From: Sphyrna mokarran
Lineage: Eukaryota
DNA: 64,000 nucleotides
Direction of reading: 5' to 3'
Assembly: GCA_024679065.1 (NCBI GenBank)
Contig: JAGIQG010000018.1
Coordinates: 18,538,001-18,602,000 of the forward strand
The translations under genes and the position numbers were made by a program. Positions 13,616 through 26,300 of the stretch are shown here, one piece after another; positions within the stretch are counted from its first letter, which is position 1; each line of letters begins with the position of its first letter. The notes under the pieces were generated by a model. The model saw only the letters and a program-made list of their open reading frames with translations, had not been told where the DNA came from and made no database searches.

Positions 13616-14157
13616 GAGGGTTGGTGTGATTCAGTGCGCAATTCAACTGGACCAATGGCGGGTTCTCCAGAATTTCACACTAACAGGATTCTCCAGTCTC
13701 GCTGCAGTGAACAGAGATTTGGCTGAGCACCAAATTCTCTGTCCTGTCTGGCAGCGGGATATGAATGGCCGGAGAAATATTTTCAGATTCTAGGGAGATT
13801 CTCACTGAATTCTCCCGCACTTAGAACTTCTTTGGAGTGGGGACGTAAAGATTGCCAGCATCACCAAGCTGACAATACTACTCTAGTTTGTGGCTTCATT
13901 GAGTGTGAAACAGATTACATTAGGGTATGGAAGTGAGGATAATGCCAAGAAGAGTTCTCCCTGGCACTAAATGCATTACGTTACCTCCTCTGCGATTCTC
14001 TGACTCTGCGCAGCCCCAACATGGTCTGTGCATGAGCGCAGGGACCTGAGGATCACAGCATAAATCTCATTGAAAGATCAGTACATTAACGGTGCAACAT
14101 TCCCTCAGTACTGCATTAAACCTCCAGCCTGGGTGATTGCTCAAATCTCTGGAATAG

Positions 14158-14340
14158 GTCATAGAATCATAGAATCCTACAGTGCAGAAGGAGGCCATTC
14201 GGCCCATTGAGTCTGCACAGACTACAATCCACCCAGGGTCTATCCCTGTAACCCAATGCATTTACCCTAGCTTGCCCCCCTTACCCTAAGGGGCAATTTA
14301 GCATGGCCAATCCATTTAACCCACCCATCTTTGGACTTTG
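14158..14340 (-). mobile_element. HE1-type SINE 3' part
   Basis: atagaatcatagaatcctacagtgcagaaggaggccattcggccc...gggcaatttagcatggccaatcca. Confidence 0.7.
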
Positions 14341-16819
14341 GCTCTTCAATCCACACATCAGCATTTAACACTTGAATTCAACAATTTCAGGCTGCTCCTC
14401 TTATTCTGCTTTTGTCATTTCCAAATCCCTGTTTTTGTTTCATTACTTGTCTCTTTTCCCCTCTTTTTGGCTTTGCATCATTGCCTCTTTTGCCAGCTAT
14501 CATTCTGATCCTATTATTGAGCTCTCTATTTTGTTACCCCACACTGACTCTGTACTTGTTTAAAACCTGTCCCATTTCTATTTTATTTTGCTATTTTGAT
14601 GCAAGGCTATTGATCGGAAATGCTCCTCTCTCTGTACATGCTGCCTGACCTGTTGAGTATTTGCAGTGTTTCTTAGTTGGTTTTAAATTCCTGTACTTTA
14701 TGTTAGATTTGTTGATCTCAGACTCAAAGCTGCACCCAAGAGGAATTTCAGCCTTTTAATATCAATCAAAATGGGACCCGAGAGGTCCGTGTTAGACAAA
14801 GCATCGCATGTAACTAAGTTTGATCTTGTTAACTCCATTACCAATTATTAATGCCTCATCTACTCCATTATCCCGAGGTAGTTTATGGAGCTAACAAATT
14901 GTTAATGAGATTGACAAATTTTGGCCTAATTACCCCTGACAGAGAAAGCAAATACTCAAATAGATAACTGCTAAATAATATATTATATGATCCCATGGCT
15001 CAATTGTAGGGGTGCTCAGAGGGAGAACCAGACAGGTAATGCAGGGCCCGAGAGGAGAAATGGAGGAGGGGAATTAATACAAATATGAAATAATTCCTCC
15101 TTTATACTACCTTAATCAGACTAAAATTCAATGGGCGAACTTCAATTATATTTTACTTGTGACTATGTATTTTGTATTTGCCTCACAGGAAGTATTTAGT
15201 ACTCAAATCCATAAATCAGCACTAAATACCCTTGCTAGCAGTTGCAAGATTTAAATGTCTAAATTATATTTGAATTAATCACATAGTACTGTCTGCATGT
15301 AATTGTCTATATTGACCTTCTTACAACAGTGGGATTACAATTGATCGTCACCTTCCTCACCTTCCTTGCCTGGTTTCTCTTCTTCCGCTCTTGTTGTTGA
15401 CCAAATCAAGCTGTTTACCAAAACAAATTAAATCCCGTGGATTTCTGATGAGTACAAAGATATCTAATCTTGAGATGTGAGGAGTGACGATTGATCAGGA
15501 TGGATAAAGGCAGGTTAGACCGCAGCCAATTATATCCAAACAGATTGAAAGTAGAAAAGAATATAGAATCATAAAATCATACAGCATAAAAGGAAGCCAT
15601 TTAGTCCATTGCAAAAATGTTGGCCTCTTGATTCAATTTGTTCCTGCCTCCCTGTCCTTTCCTCATAGCCCTGCAATTTTTTTGTCTTTCAAATACGCAT
15701 CCAATTCCTTTTTGAAAGATAGGAACATAGGAATTAGGAGCAAAAGTAAGCAAATTAAGCCCTTTGAGCCTGCCCCGCCATTCAATGGCTGATCTCTCCC
15801 TGACCTTAAGTTCACTTCCCTAACTGTTCTCCTTATCCCTTTAACACATTTTTGAAATTAGAAATATATCTATCTCCTTCTCGAAGTCAGTTAATGCTTC
15901 AGACTCCACGGACTAAGACAGTATATGATCTGTTTTTGGACTTCCACTCTTTCAGCCAGTGTATTCCAGACTAGAACAACTCAGTGCTTCAAATGAATCT
16001 CATGTCTCTTCTTCTAGAATCTTATTGCTCAACAACTAAAAGATATTGACCAGAGATTCGAGGGCAGATGAATGTACCCATCTCGAGATGAAGAAGGAAA
16101 ATTCAATAGAGGATGTGTAAAATATGGACCTGGACTGTGTCGAAAGATGATCAGTTTGAGGACATGTTGGGAAATGTTGGCTCACTAATGTCTTTTAGGG
16201 AAGGAAATATGCCATCCTTACCTGGTCTGGTTTACATGTGACTCCAGTCCTGCCACAATGTGACGAATTCTTAATTGTTCTCTGAAATGGCCTAGCAAGC
16301 CACTCAATTCAACAGTTTTAGGGATGGGTAGCAACGTCCACATCCCACTAGAGAAGAAAGAAGAAAAATTTCTTCTGGGATCAACCTGATATAAGAATGT
16401 ACAAAAAAAGAAACTGTCTCTGAATTTATTATGAGTCAGTCAATCTTAAGTTACACATACAAGAGAAAATCCATGTCAGCGAGAGACTAGGGCAGGAATG
16501 TTACGACCATTCATTCTGATGGGATTTTCCCAAACCCCTGCAGTGAGTGGAGATATGGTTGGGTGCCAAGTTCTCTGACTTTGCTACAGCGGGAGCGCAG
16601 CATGAATGGCCAGAAGATCACACCCTTGGTCTCAGGGATTAAATGATATTTGAATGGGTAGATCAAAGGCCAACACAGTGGAATTGGGGGAATTAACATC
16701 AGTAACAGATAGGCTTCAGAACATGAAGAGAGTTGTAGACATCTAATAGATAATCCTCTATCAATTCAGGAAACAGAGAAAAAGAGACATCAGGTCAAAC
16801 AGGATAAGGAAACTTCTGC

Positions 16820-18790
16820 TGATTACCTGAACCCTCCCTCAGCTGATGATTCAGCATTCCTCCACTTTGAATACCACTTGGAGGAAGCACTGAGAAAATG
16901 ATGCACTCTGGGTGGAAGACTTCAATGTCCATCACCAAGAGGGACATGGTAACATCTCTATTGACTGAGCTGACTGAGTCTCCCAACAGACTGAACCTGT
17001 GACAGGTGGTGAATGAACCAACAAGAGGGAAAAACTTACTTGGCTTCATTCTCTCCTATCTATTTGCCCATGGCAGAATCAGTAGGAGTGACTGTAACAC
17101 AGTCCCCATGAATACAAAGTCTTGTCTTCGCATTGAGGATACTCTCCATCATGTTATGTGGCACAATGCTAAATGAGGTATGTCTTAAACAGATACAGTA
17201 AGAAGTCTGACAACACTAGGTTTACGTCCAACCGATTTATCTGATAGTATAAGTAAATCAAATAAATCAGTTGGACTTAAACCTGATGTTTTCAGACTTT
17301 TTATTGTGTTTACTCCAGTCCAATGCTGGCATCTCCACATCATGACTACTTAAACAGATACAGCAACCCAAGACTGGGCATCTATGAGGTGCTGTGAGTC
17401 ATTAGCAGCAATAGAATTGTACTCACCACAACCTGTAACCCCATGGCCCGGCATATCCCCATTTTATCATTACCAAATTCCTCGGGTATGTCCTGTTCAC
17501 AAAAAGCAAGGTCATCCCAATCTGGCCAATTACCAACAAAATAACAAAACGTGTAATTTACAAACCCAATAATCAGTTTGGGATCTACAAGGACCACAAG
17601 ACACAAAACCATATTGCAGTCTTGGTCCTAGCAGAGATTAAAGTGCTGAATTTCAGAAGTGAAGTACAAATAACTGCCTGTGAGAATAAGGCAGCATTTA
17701 ACTGAGTGGGGCATCAAGGAACCTGAGCAAAACTGAAGTCAATGGGAATCAAAAAAACTCTGCACTGGTTGGAGCCATTCCTAGCACAAGGGAAGGTGGT
17801 TATGATAATTGGAAGTCCATCATCTCAGCCTCAGGCACTACTGCAGGAGTTCCTCAGGGTAGTGTCACCAGCTTAACAATCTCAGATGTTCCTCAATGAT
17901 ATTCCCTCAATGGGTCAGAAATGGGGATGTTCTCTGATGATTGCACAATGTTCAGCACCATTTGAACTCCTCAAATACTGAAGCAGTCCGTGCCCACATT
18001 GAGCAAGACCTGGATAACATTCAGGCTTGGGCTAAGAAAGGCCAAGTAGCATTTGCAACACACAACTGTCAAACAATGATTATCTCCAATAGACGAGAAT
18101 CTAACTATCTCCCCTTGATGTTTCATGGCATGACCATTGCTGAATCCCCCATTATCAACATCCTGAGAGTTACCACCAGCCAGAATTGTAACTAGACTCG
18201 CCATATAAATACTGTGGTTACAAGAGTAGGTCAGAGACTGGGAATTCTTCGACATTTAATTTACGTGCTGTCTCCCCAAAGCCTGACCACCTTTCACAAT
18301 TCAGGATTGTAACGCAATACTCTTCATTTGTGAATAGATGCAACTCCAACAACACTCAAGAAGCTTGACATAATCCAGGAGAAAAGAGCCCATTACGTTG
18401 GCACCCAATTGACCACCTTAAATATTCACTTCCCCTCACCACAATGGCAGCAGTGTGTACTGTATATAAGATGCAGGGTACAGCAATCTATCCAATCTCC
18501 TTCCAAACTCATCACCCCTACCACCTAGAAGGATGAAGGCAGCAATGCATGGGAACATCTCTGCCTGGAGGTTCCCATCAAATTCACTCACGATCCTGGT
18601 GTGGAACTGTATCATTGTTCCTTTACTGTTGCTGGGTAAAAATCATGGAATGCCCCTCCCTAACAGCACTGTGGGTGTGCCTACACCTCAGGGAGTGCAG
18701 CAGTTCGAGAAGGCAGCTCAGCACACCACCTTGTTAGGAATGGGTAATAAATTCTGGCATTGCCAGTGACACTCACATCCCAGGAGCAAA
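16820..18790 (+). mobile_element. Decayed CR1/L2-group LINE (internally deleted; PLE repeat inserted at ~17190-17345)
   Basis: RT motifs AGVPQGSV, MFsDDCTMFSTI and IEQDLDNIQAWA; 3' tail ttaggaatgggtaataaattctggcattgccagtgacactcacatcc. Confidence 0.75.
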
Positions 18791-19989
18791 TAAAGAAAAT
18801 CAGGGGGCCTGATGCATGTTTCTGCTGACTGAAAAATGCTAGCTATGGAAATAGATGTGAGCAGATATTTTATCTGCCCCACATGGCCAGAGGGGAGGCA
18901 TCTATGGTTAAGATGGTATACCTGAAAATGATTCAGAAGCAAAATGATATCAGACATATTCTGCGTGGCCAAGGGGGGGGAGGGGGGATGTGCAGTGCTC
19001 CAGGAAATTGGTTATTTGCTGCCACACTTTTCATTCCTGATTATGAGCATAACGAGGAGCAATTTTCATTGCTTTGTGTTAGATCCTAATACATACAATC
19101 GCTGAGACAAACAGGTCAGGCAGTGAACAGCAGTTGACTTTTCTGTTCCTTTCCTGTTCAAATCCAGTCAATTTAATGGAATAATTAAGACCTGCAAATT
19201 GGTTTTCAGTAATCCATAATGAAATATTATTATCTCAAATGTCATTCATTGAGAAGCGATCTGCTTAAAATCTTCTGATTTCAGAAGATTGGCAAAGCCT
19301 TTAAATAGCCAGCAGTTACTTTTTAACGCATCGAGTGACAGCATCAAGGGCTCACGGGTCAGGGGCAGAATGGAAAGAGGAGTGGGGGCATGGGATGAGG
19401 GAAATCCCAGTGCCAGAACAGTTAGGAATTGTTCCTTCTACCCACTGCGCATATATTAACCAGTTTCTATCTCACTGCGCACAAAAAAATGATTAGAATT
19501 CTATATTCCGCTGCTGTCTACAGAGGGCATATTTTGAGATGTAAAAATAGCTGGTAAGGAACAAGTCTGAGGTTTATAAGAATATCTATCAAAAGCAATA
19601 ATCGAGTATTCCATCGCACACGATGTCTGAACTGCTGAGAGAAGAGATTGATTCTGCCATATGGTCACAGATTACTTAAGTTTATTATGATCAGTATTCA
19701 GAAATGCCTGATTAGATCAATATTTATGCATAACTCTAGATTTTACCTGACAGGAGTGAATGAGCTGGTTTAGGTTAATTGAGGTAGTAAACCATGGGAC
19801 TATGGTTAGTTCAAAGAAACCAGGAGTTTAATCAGGAAAATTATACCTCAGTCTCATGTGTTGACTGTCTGCATGTGACATTATACCATAGTCATGTGTG
19901 CATAAGTCTGTAGATGTGTTTACATTCAGTTGAGTGTGTGTTTGCTTGCACACAGAGGGATACTTGGTGAAATTACAATCAGATGAGGA

Positions 19990-20310
19990 GCTCTGAGGTC
20001 TTGTGATGCAGTGGGTAGTGTCCCTATATCCAAGCCCTGAGCTCCAGGTTCAAGTCCCATCCCAGGACTTGATGGCCAAGAAAGGTGCATCGCAGTCAGT
20101 TCGGTTGAGTGTCAGCGTGCAAATCCTTCCAAACAGGTCAATGACTGGTGTAAGAGTGGGAGATTCTCGTGGTCAGCCATGTCTGATGTGGACTGGCACC
20201 CCTCAAGCTATAAGCACATGACTTATAGACTAGAGACCCGTTCCAGGGATTGCTAGTTATGGAAGCAGACAAAAGTCTGCCTTGTGAACTACTAGGTGCA
20301 GGAGAAGAAT
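19990..20310 (+). mobile_element. tRNA-derived SINE of a different family
   Basis: A-box-like tgtgatgcagtggg and B box ggttcaagtccc, followed by a ~230-bp body unlike the other SINEs here. Confidence 0.5.
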
Positions 20311-20329
20311 TAGAAGAGGGAAGCTGTAC

Positions 20330-21820
20330 TGAGCAAACTGATGGAGCTGGGGGCTGACAAATCTCCATATCCAGATGGGCTTTATTTTCAACTTAAACGA
20401 GATGGCTAATGAGGTAGTAGATGAATTGGCGTTACTCTTCCCAAATTCACTAGATTCTGAAAATATTTCATCAGACAGGAAAGTAGGAAATATAACCCCT
20501 CTAGTCAAGAAGAGAGGGAGGCAGCAACCAGGAAAGTATAGATCAGTTATCTTGACATTTGACATAGGGACGTTCTTAAAATTGATCATTAAGGAGGTTA
20601 TAGTGGGCACTTAGAGAAACTCAAGGTAATTGGGACGAGTCGCTATGGTTTTGTGAAGGGGAATCGTGTTTAACCAATTTATTGGAGTTCTTTGAAGGAG
20701 TAACATGTGCCTGGGATAAAGGAGAGCCTGTAACGGGCAGCACAGTAGTTAGACCTGCTGCCTGACAGTTCCAAGGACCCAGGTTTGATTCCCAGCTGGA
20801 TCACTGTCTGTGTGGAGTTTTCATGTTCTCCCCATGTCTGTGTGGGTTTCTTCCAGGTGCTCTGGTTTCCTCCACATTCTGAAAGACATTCTAGTTAGGT
20901 GCATTGACTCAAACAGGCACCAGACTATAGCAACAAGAGGAATTTCACAGGAATTTCATGCAGTATTAATGTAAGTCTTACTTGTGACTAATAAATAAAC
21001 TTTTAACTTTAGATGTGCTGTACTTGGATGTCCAAAAGGGATTTGATAAGGTACTGACATCAAAGATTATTGTGGAAAACAAAAGCTCATGGTATAGGAG
21101 GCAACGTATTAATATGGACAGAAGATTGGCTAGCTAGAAAGAAATAGAATATGCATAAATTGATCATTTTCTGACTGGTAGGACATGGCGAGTGAGTCTG
21201 ACAGGGTTGTATGCTGGGGCTTCAACGTTTTACAATTCATATCAATGACTTAGATGAGGGGAGAGAAGGCATGATAGCTAGATTTGCAGATGACACAAAG
21301 ATAGGAAAAAAGTATATTGTGAAGAGAATATAAGAAGGTTGCAAATAGATACAGATAGGTTGAATGAGTGGGCAAAAGTCTAGCAATTGGAAAATGTGAA
21401 GTGTGAAGTTGTTCACTTTGACAGCAAGAAAAAAAAGCAGAATATTACTTATATGGAGGGCAGCTGCAGAATTCCAAGGTGCAAAGGGATCTAGGTGTAC
21501 TAGTGTATGAATCATAAAAAGTTAGTATGCAGGTACTGAAAATAATTAAGAAGGCTAATGGAATATTATCCTTTATTGTGAGAGGACTTTAACTTTAAAG
21601 AAAGGATATCATGCTTCAATTACACAGGGCACTAGAAAGACCTAAAGTCTTAGAAAGACTTCAAATATTGTGTGCAGTTTTGGTCTCCATATTTAAGGAA
21701 GGCTGTAAATTGGAGTTAATTCAGAAGAGATATACTAGACTGATTCCTGGAATGATGGGTTGTGTTATGAGGAAAGGCTATAGAATGTGTTTGTTTACAC
21801 TAGAGTTCAGAAGAGTGAGC
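20330..21820 (+). mobile_element. CR1 LINE ORF2 fragment, decayed
   Basis: NSLDS..I..D.KVGNITPL.KK..RQQPG.YR; INDLDEG....IARFADDTK; multiple stops and frameshifts. Confidence 0.88.
20733..21010 (+). mobile_element. tRNA/V-type SINE nested in CR1
   Basis: gggcagcacagtagttag head, V-like core tgtggagttttcatgttctccccatgtctg, tail cttgtgactaataaataaacttt (also at ~6730-6790). Confidence 0.75.
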
Positions 21821-22059
21821 CAGCAAACTCCCTCAAACTGACTCATTCAAGAAGAATTGTTCACTGATCTTTGAACTATTCCAGGAGCCTATCAAGACTC
21901 TACAGAGGGCCCCATCCTAGTTATGAGGCAGGAACCACTACAACTCCATTGGAAAATTCTGGACCTTAGAATGTCAATGTTACAGTGTTAGTAGATTGCA
22001 AATTCAGCACACATGGGTATAATGAATTGAACTCAATAACAATATTATACCTAAATCAA

Positions 22060-22920
22060 GACTACATTTGCCTGTATATATTGTTACATCGCAGTCAAGT
22101 ATGTGTTTGCCTGTATAGAGTGTTATACCTCAGTTGAGACTACATTTGCCTGTACAGAGTGTCATACCTCAGTTGATTGTGTGTTTGCCTGTATACAATG
22201 AAATACTTCAGGTGAGTGTATTTGCCTGTGCACAGTGTTATACCTCAAGTGAGTGTGTGTTTGTCTGTGTAAAATGTTATACAGGAAGAAGTCTCACAAC
22301 ACCAGGTTAAAGTCCAACAGGTTAATTTAGTAGTAAAAGCCACTGGGTTTTGGAGCACTGGCATTCAGCGCTCTGAAAACTAGTAGCTTTTGCTACCAAA
22401 TAAACCTGTTGGACTTTAACCCAGTGTTGCGAGACTTCTTAATGTGTTTACCCTAGTCCAATGCCAACATCTCCACATCATAAAATGTTATACCTCAGGC
22501 GAGTGTTTATTTGCCGGTGTACAGCGTTAATAATCTGACAAATATGTGTTTGCCTGTATGCAATGTTATTCCTCAGGTGAGTGTGTGTTTGCCCCTATAT
22601 ACTGTAATAAATCAGGCAAGTGTGTGTTTGCCTGTATACAGTGTTATACCTCAGGCAAGCATGTGTTTGCCTGTATACAGTGTTATGGCTCGGGTAAGTG
22701 CTTGTTCGCCTGTAGACAATGTTATACCTCAGGTGAGCATGTGCTTGCTTGTATACAGTGTTATACTTCAGTCGAGTGTGTGTTTGCCTGTGTACAGAGT
22801 TATACTTCAGTCGAGTGTGTGTTTGCCAGTGTACAATGTTATACACCAAGTGAATGTGTGTTTGCCTGTATACAGTGTTATGGCTCAGGTGAGTGTGTGT
22901 TTGCCTGTCATAAGTGTTAC
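22060..22920. repeat. 39-bp minisatellite
   Basis: Unit ~gtgtgtttgcctgtatacagtgttatacctcaggtgagt; gives the 13-aa periodicity of ORF 22511-23326. Confidence 0.9.
22283..22480. mobile_element. Palindromic Penelope-like terminal repeat with 13-bp flanking duplication
   Basis: Inverted arms of ~75 bp; taaaatgttatac at 22270-22282 and 22481-22493. Confidence 0.75.
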
Positions 22921-24089
22921 ACCTACGTCGAATGCATTTAGTGCCTTCACATGTTATCACAAATCAGAGCTGTGTTTTTGTGCCCTCTACACGTCAGAAC
23001 TCTGCATCCATCAGCTCACAGTTTGCTGTGTGGCTCTTACACCCCCAATGCCATATATATTATTGGTGAATCCTAGCAGCACACAGCAGTTCACTAGAGG
23101 GAGCTGTACACCAGAGTCCTGCACACTGCTGCTTTCATCAGGCGTTTCAAAATTGAAATATTTCATCTTCATTATTTATTTTTTGCTGTGCTTTTTTAAA
23201 ATATTGTTTTCTTTCCCTGGCAGACTCCTGTTGACACCAATTTCATTTCCCCCCCACCACCTTGCACAACATGAAGCTGTGGATTGTTCGCGTACTGCAT
23301 CTTATGCCTGGCTAGTCAATAATTAAAAAACAGGCAGCTTGTTTACCAGACAGGTGTTAATGAGCGTACAGAATTACTACTGGGATCATAATTACAGTAA
23401 GTGACTGTCACAGTTGTTCGACGTACGGGCTGGAAACTGAGGTCATTCCTGCCCATTTACCACAGCCCAGGATGAAATCACTGACATTAAAATAAGCATG
23501 GGAGAGGACAAAATCTAAAACTAAAATAAAGGCCATTTATTTCACAATCCGTATTAGCACTTCAGATAGCTCGTGGTAATGAGAGAAGCTACACATTCAG
23601 GGTCGGCAAACACGACTGCTCGCTAAGCTGTGAGTCCCATTCATTCGGTGAAGCCTCTTTCTGTATCGTTCTATCTCACTCTCTCTATTTCTCTCTCTCT
23701 CTCTATCTGTCCCCCCACCTTGTCTGCTTCACACTTTGTCCTGTATCTTTTTTTAAAAAAAGAGATGTTCCGTCAGACTATTTCCGCTCCATTTAAAACA
23801 AACTCTGAGCAAATGTAAATTGTCTCCCCAAACAGAACTCTTGCCAATGGGGTTTTTATTGGTCTTAACCTGCTCTGTACAGCTTCAAGACATTGGCTCC
23901 CTCTAGTGCTGACAGATCAATGGTTCGCTTCGAAGGAATCCCATTGAACCGGCCAGGAGCTTCTTCTTAAGATACAGGATACAATGAAGGAAAGTTTCCC
24001 AGACGCGAAATAAACCCCAGGCAGTCAATGCACAAAACCTCTGTTTGTCTAAACAGATCCTCCAAAGTAAAGTGCTTCCAAACAAACAA

Positions 24090-25385
24090 TGACAATGCTG
24101 GAAAGCTGAAATAAAAACAGAAAACGCTGGGAATACTCAGGAGGTCGGTTATCATCTGTGGAGAGAGAAGCAGAGGTGGGAAAGGAGTTGACAAAGGGAT
24201 GGATGGCGTAGGATAAAGAAAAGTCCGCGAAAGGAGGGGAAGACAGAAGAGGGAGCGACAAAGTGTTTGTCCTCTGGGGCCAGAAGGAATGGAGATGGAG
24301 CAAGAAAAGAATCAGAAGGAGGAGGAGGTGTGCTTGGAGCAGGTATGCTGCTGACTGGAAGTGAAAATAAGAGAAACTGCAAAAGATGCGAAGAAAAGGA
24401 GGCAAAATGGAGCAGAGCGAGTTTACAGTGTGGAATTATTAACCGTAATAGAGAAATCTGGAAGGCTGTGAATTGCAGATCCTCCAATTTACACTGAGTT
24501 TCACTGGAATAGTATAGGGATATCAGTGTGAGAGAAAGGTGCAGAATTAAAATGGCAGGCCATTAGAAGCTCAGAGACGTGTCTGAAAACTGAGCAGAGG
24601 CATTCCACATTGCAGTCACCCAATCTGCATTTGGCCTCCTTTCTGTAGAAGAGACCACACTGTGAAGACTGAATGCAGTCAATTGGGTTGAAAGCAATAT
24701 CCGCTAATCGCTGCTTCACCTGGGGGGAATATTTAGGAATATTTGGACAGTGAGGAGAGAGGAGGTCAAAGGGCAGGTGTTATAGCTCTTGTGTTGACGT
24801 GGAAAGGTGCTGCTTGAATGGGATGAAGTATTAGAGTGATTGAGGAATGGACCAGGATATCCCCTTGGGAACAATCCCTGCGGAATGCTGAAAGGAAGGG
24901 GAGGAAGATTTGATTGGTGGAGGAATCGTGCTGGAATGGCAGAAAATGATTTGTTGGGCAGAAATTGGTCAGTGAGAAAACAAGTTCAGCCAGGTCTCCA
25001 TTTAGAGTGGAAGGCCCCAAAGCCAAAGGATGGAGACGTTAAGAGGTTGGACATCCATGGTGAAGAGGAATTGATTAGGGGCAGGAAACTGGAAGCCGTT
25101 AATCCGAGTGATGGATATAGATAGAGATTGAAAAAGGGGGTTAATTAAAGGTAGGATAGGAAGGACTCACAGCAAGAACAAGCTGAAACAAAAGCAGGGC
25201 AGTCCTACGAATGGATCTTAGGAAGGAGAGAGAATAAGCTATATGGGATTGAGGAACAATGAGGTGACAAGTCATGGAGGAAAGATTACTGGTGGAGCTG
25301 AGGTCAGTGACTATTCTGGAAACAATAACTTGATGTTTGTAGGTGAGCTCAGAGTCCATGGGGTGGTAGGAGGAGTGTCAGGGAG
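24090..25385 (-). mobile_element. Penelope-like element, decayed (RT C-terminus, GIY-YIG endonuclease, terminal repeat)
   Basis: AFRRDCS..D.LVHSS and CIQSSQCGLFY.KE.KCRLGD...E.LCSV...ACHFNS resemble PLE ORF motifs; 3' repeat gacctcctgagtattcccagcgttttctgtttttatttcag. Confidence 0.78.
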
Positions 25386-25914
25386 TGATTAAAGTGGAAG
25401 AGTTTTTCCTTATTTGCTCTTTCTCTGCAACCTCCTGTCACCCTGAGAGAATTCTGTGCTCCAACTGCAGCCTCTTATGCACTCACAGCTTTTATTATTG
25501 AACCTGATGGCTGTGCCTTTAGCTCCTGAGGCCCTGAGCTCTGAAATCCCTCCTTAACCCTCTCTTCCTTTCTTTCCTTCTTCAAGGCTCTCCTTCAAAC
25601 CTACCTTTTTTTAACCAAGTTTTGGCCAAATGTAATAATATGTTTATGTGGCTTTGTGTGAAATATTGCCCACTAATCACTCCTGCGATTGTCAAATGCA
25701 CATTATTTTGTTGTTGTGTCCTTTGCTGGGAAGATTGGTATCCATAAGATAATCGGTAAAGGAATCTGAGGGTAATTGAAGAGAGAGGTGAGGAGAGAGA
25801 GAGAAGAGCAGAGTTGTACTCAGGATGGCAGTCTGAAAGGGAAGAAGAATACATTTCAAAAGGGAATTGGATGAATACTAAACAAATTGTGGGAAGACAG
25901 TGGGGTGAGGAGAT

Positions 25915-26300
25915 TTCATCAAATCTTACAGTACAGAGGGAGGCCATTTGACCCAGTGAGTCTGCACCGACCACAATTCCACCCAGGTCCTATCCCATTC
26001 ATTTACCCTAGCTAGTCCCCCTGACACTAAGGGACAAGTTAGCATTTCCAATCCACCTTACCCACACACCTTTGGACTGTGAGAGGAAACCAGAGCATCC
26101 AGAGAAAGCCCATGCAGACACAAGGAGAATGTGCAAACTCCACACAGACAGTGATCCAAGCTGGGAATTGACCTTTGGTGTTAGGGAGACTAGCTGGGGT
26201 AAATGTATGAGGTTATAGGGATAGGGCCTGGGTGGAATCGTTGTCATGCAGACTCGATGATTCAAAAGGCCTTCCTTCTACACTGTGGGATTCTAGGATT
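25915..26300. mobile_element. HE1-type SINE with inverted 3' duplication
   Basis: Minus-strand copy ~25915-26170 joined to a plus-strand tail ~26175-26300. Confidence 0.65.

Noticed and set aside
22511-23326. 271-aa ORF with 13-aa repeats
   Set aside because: Translation of the 39-bp minisatellite running into non-coding sequence.
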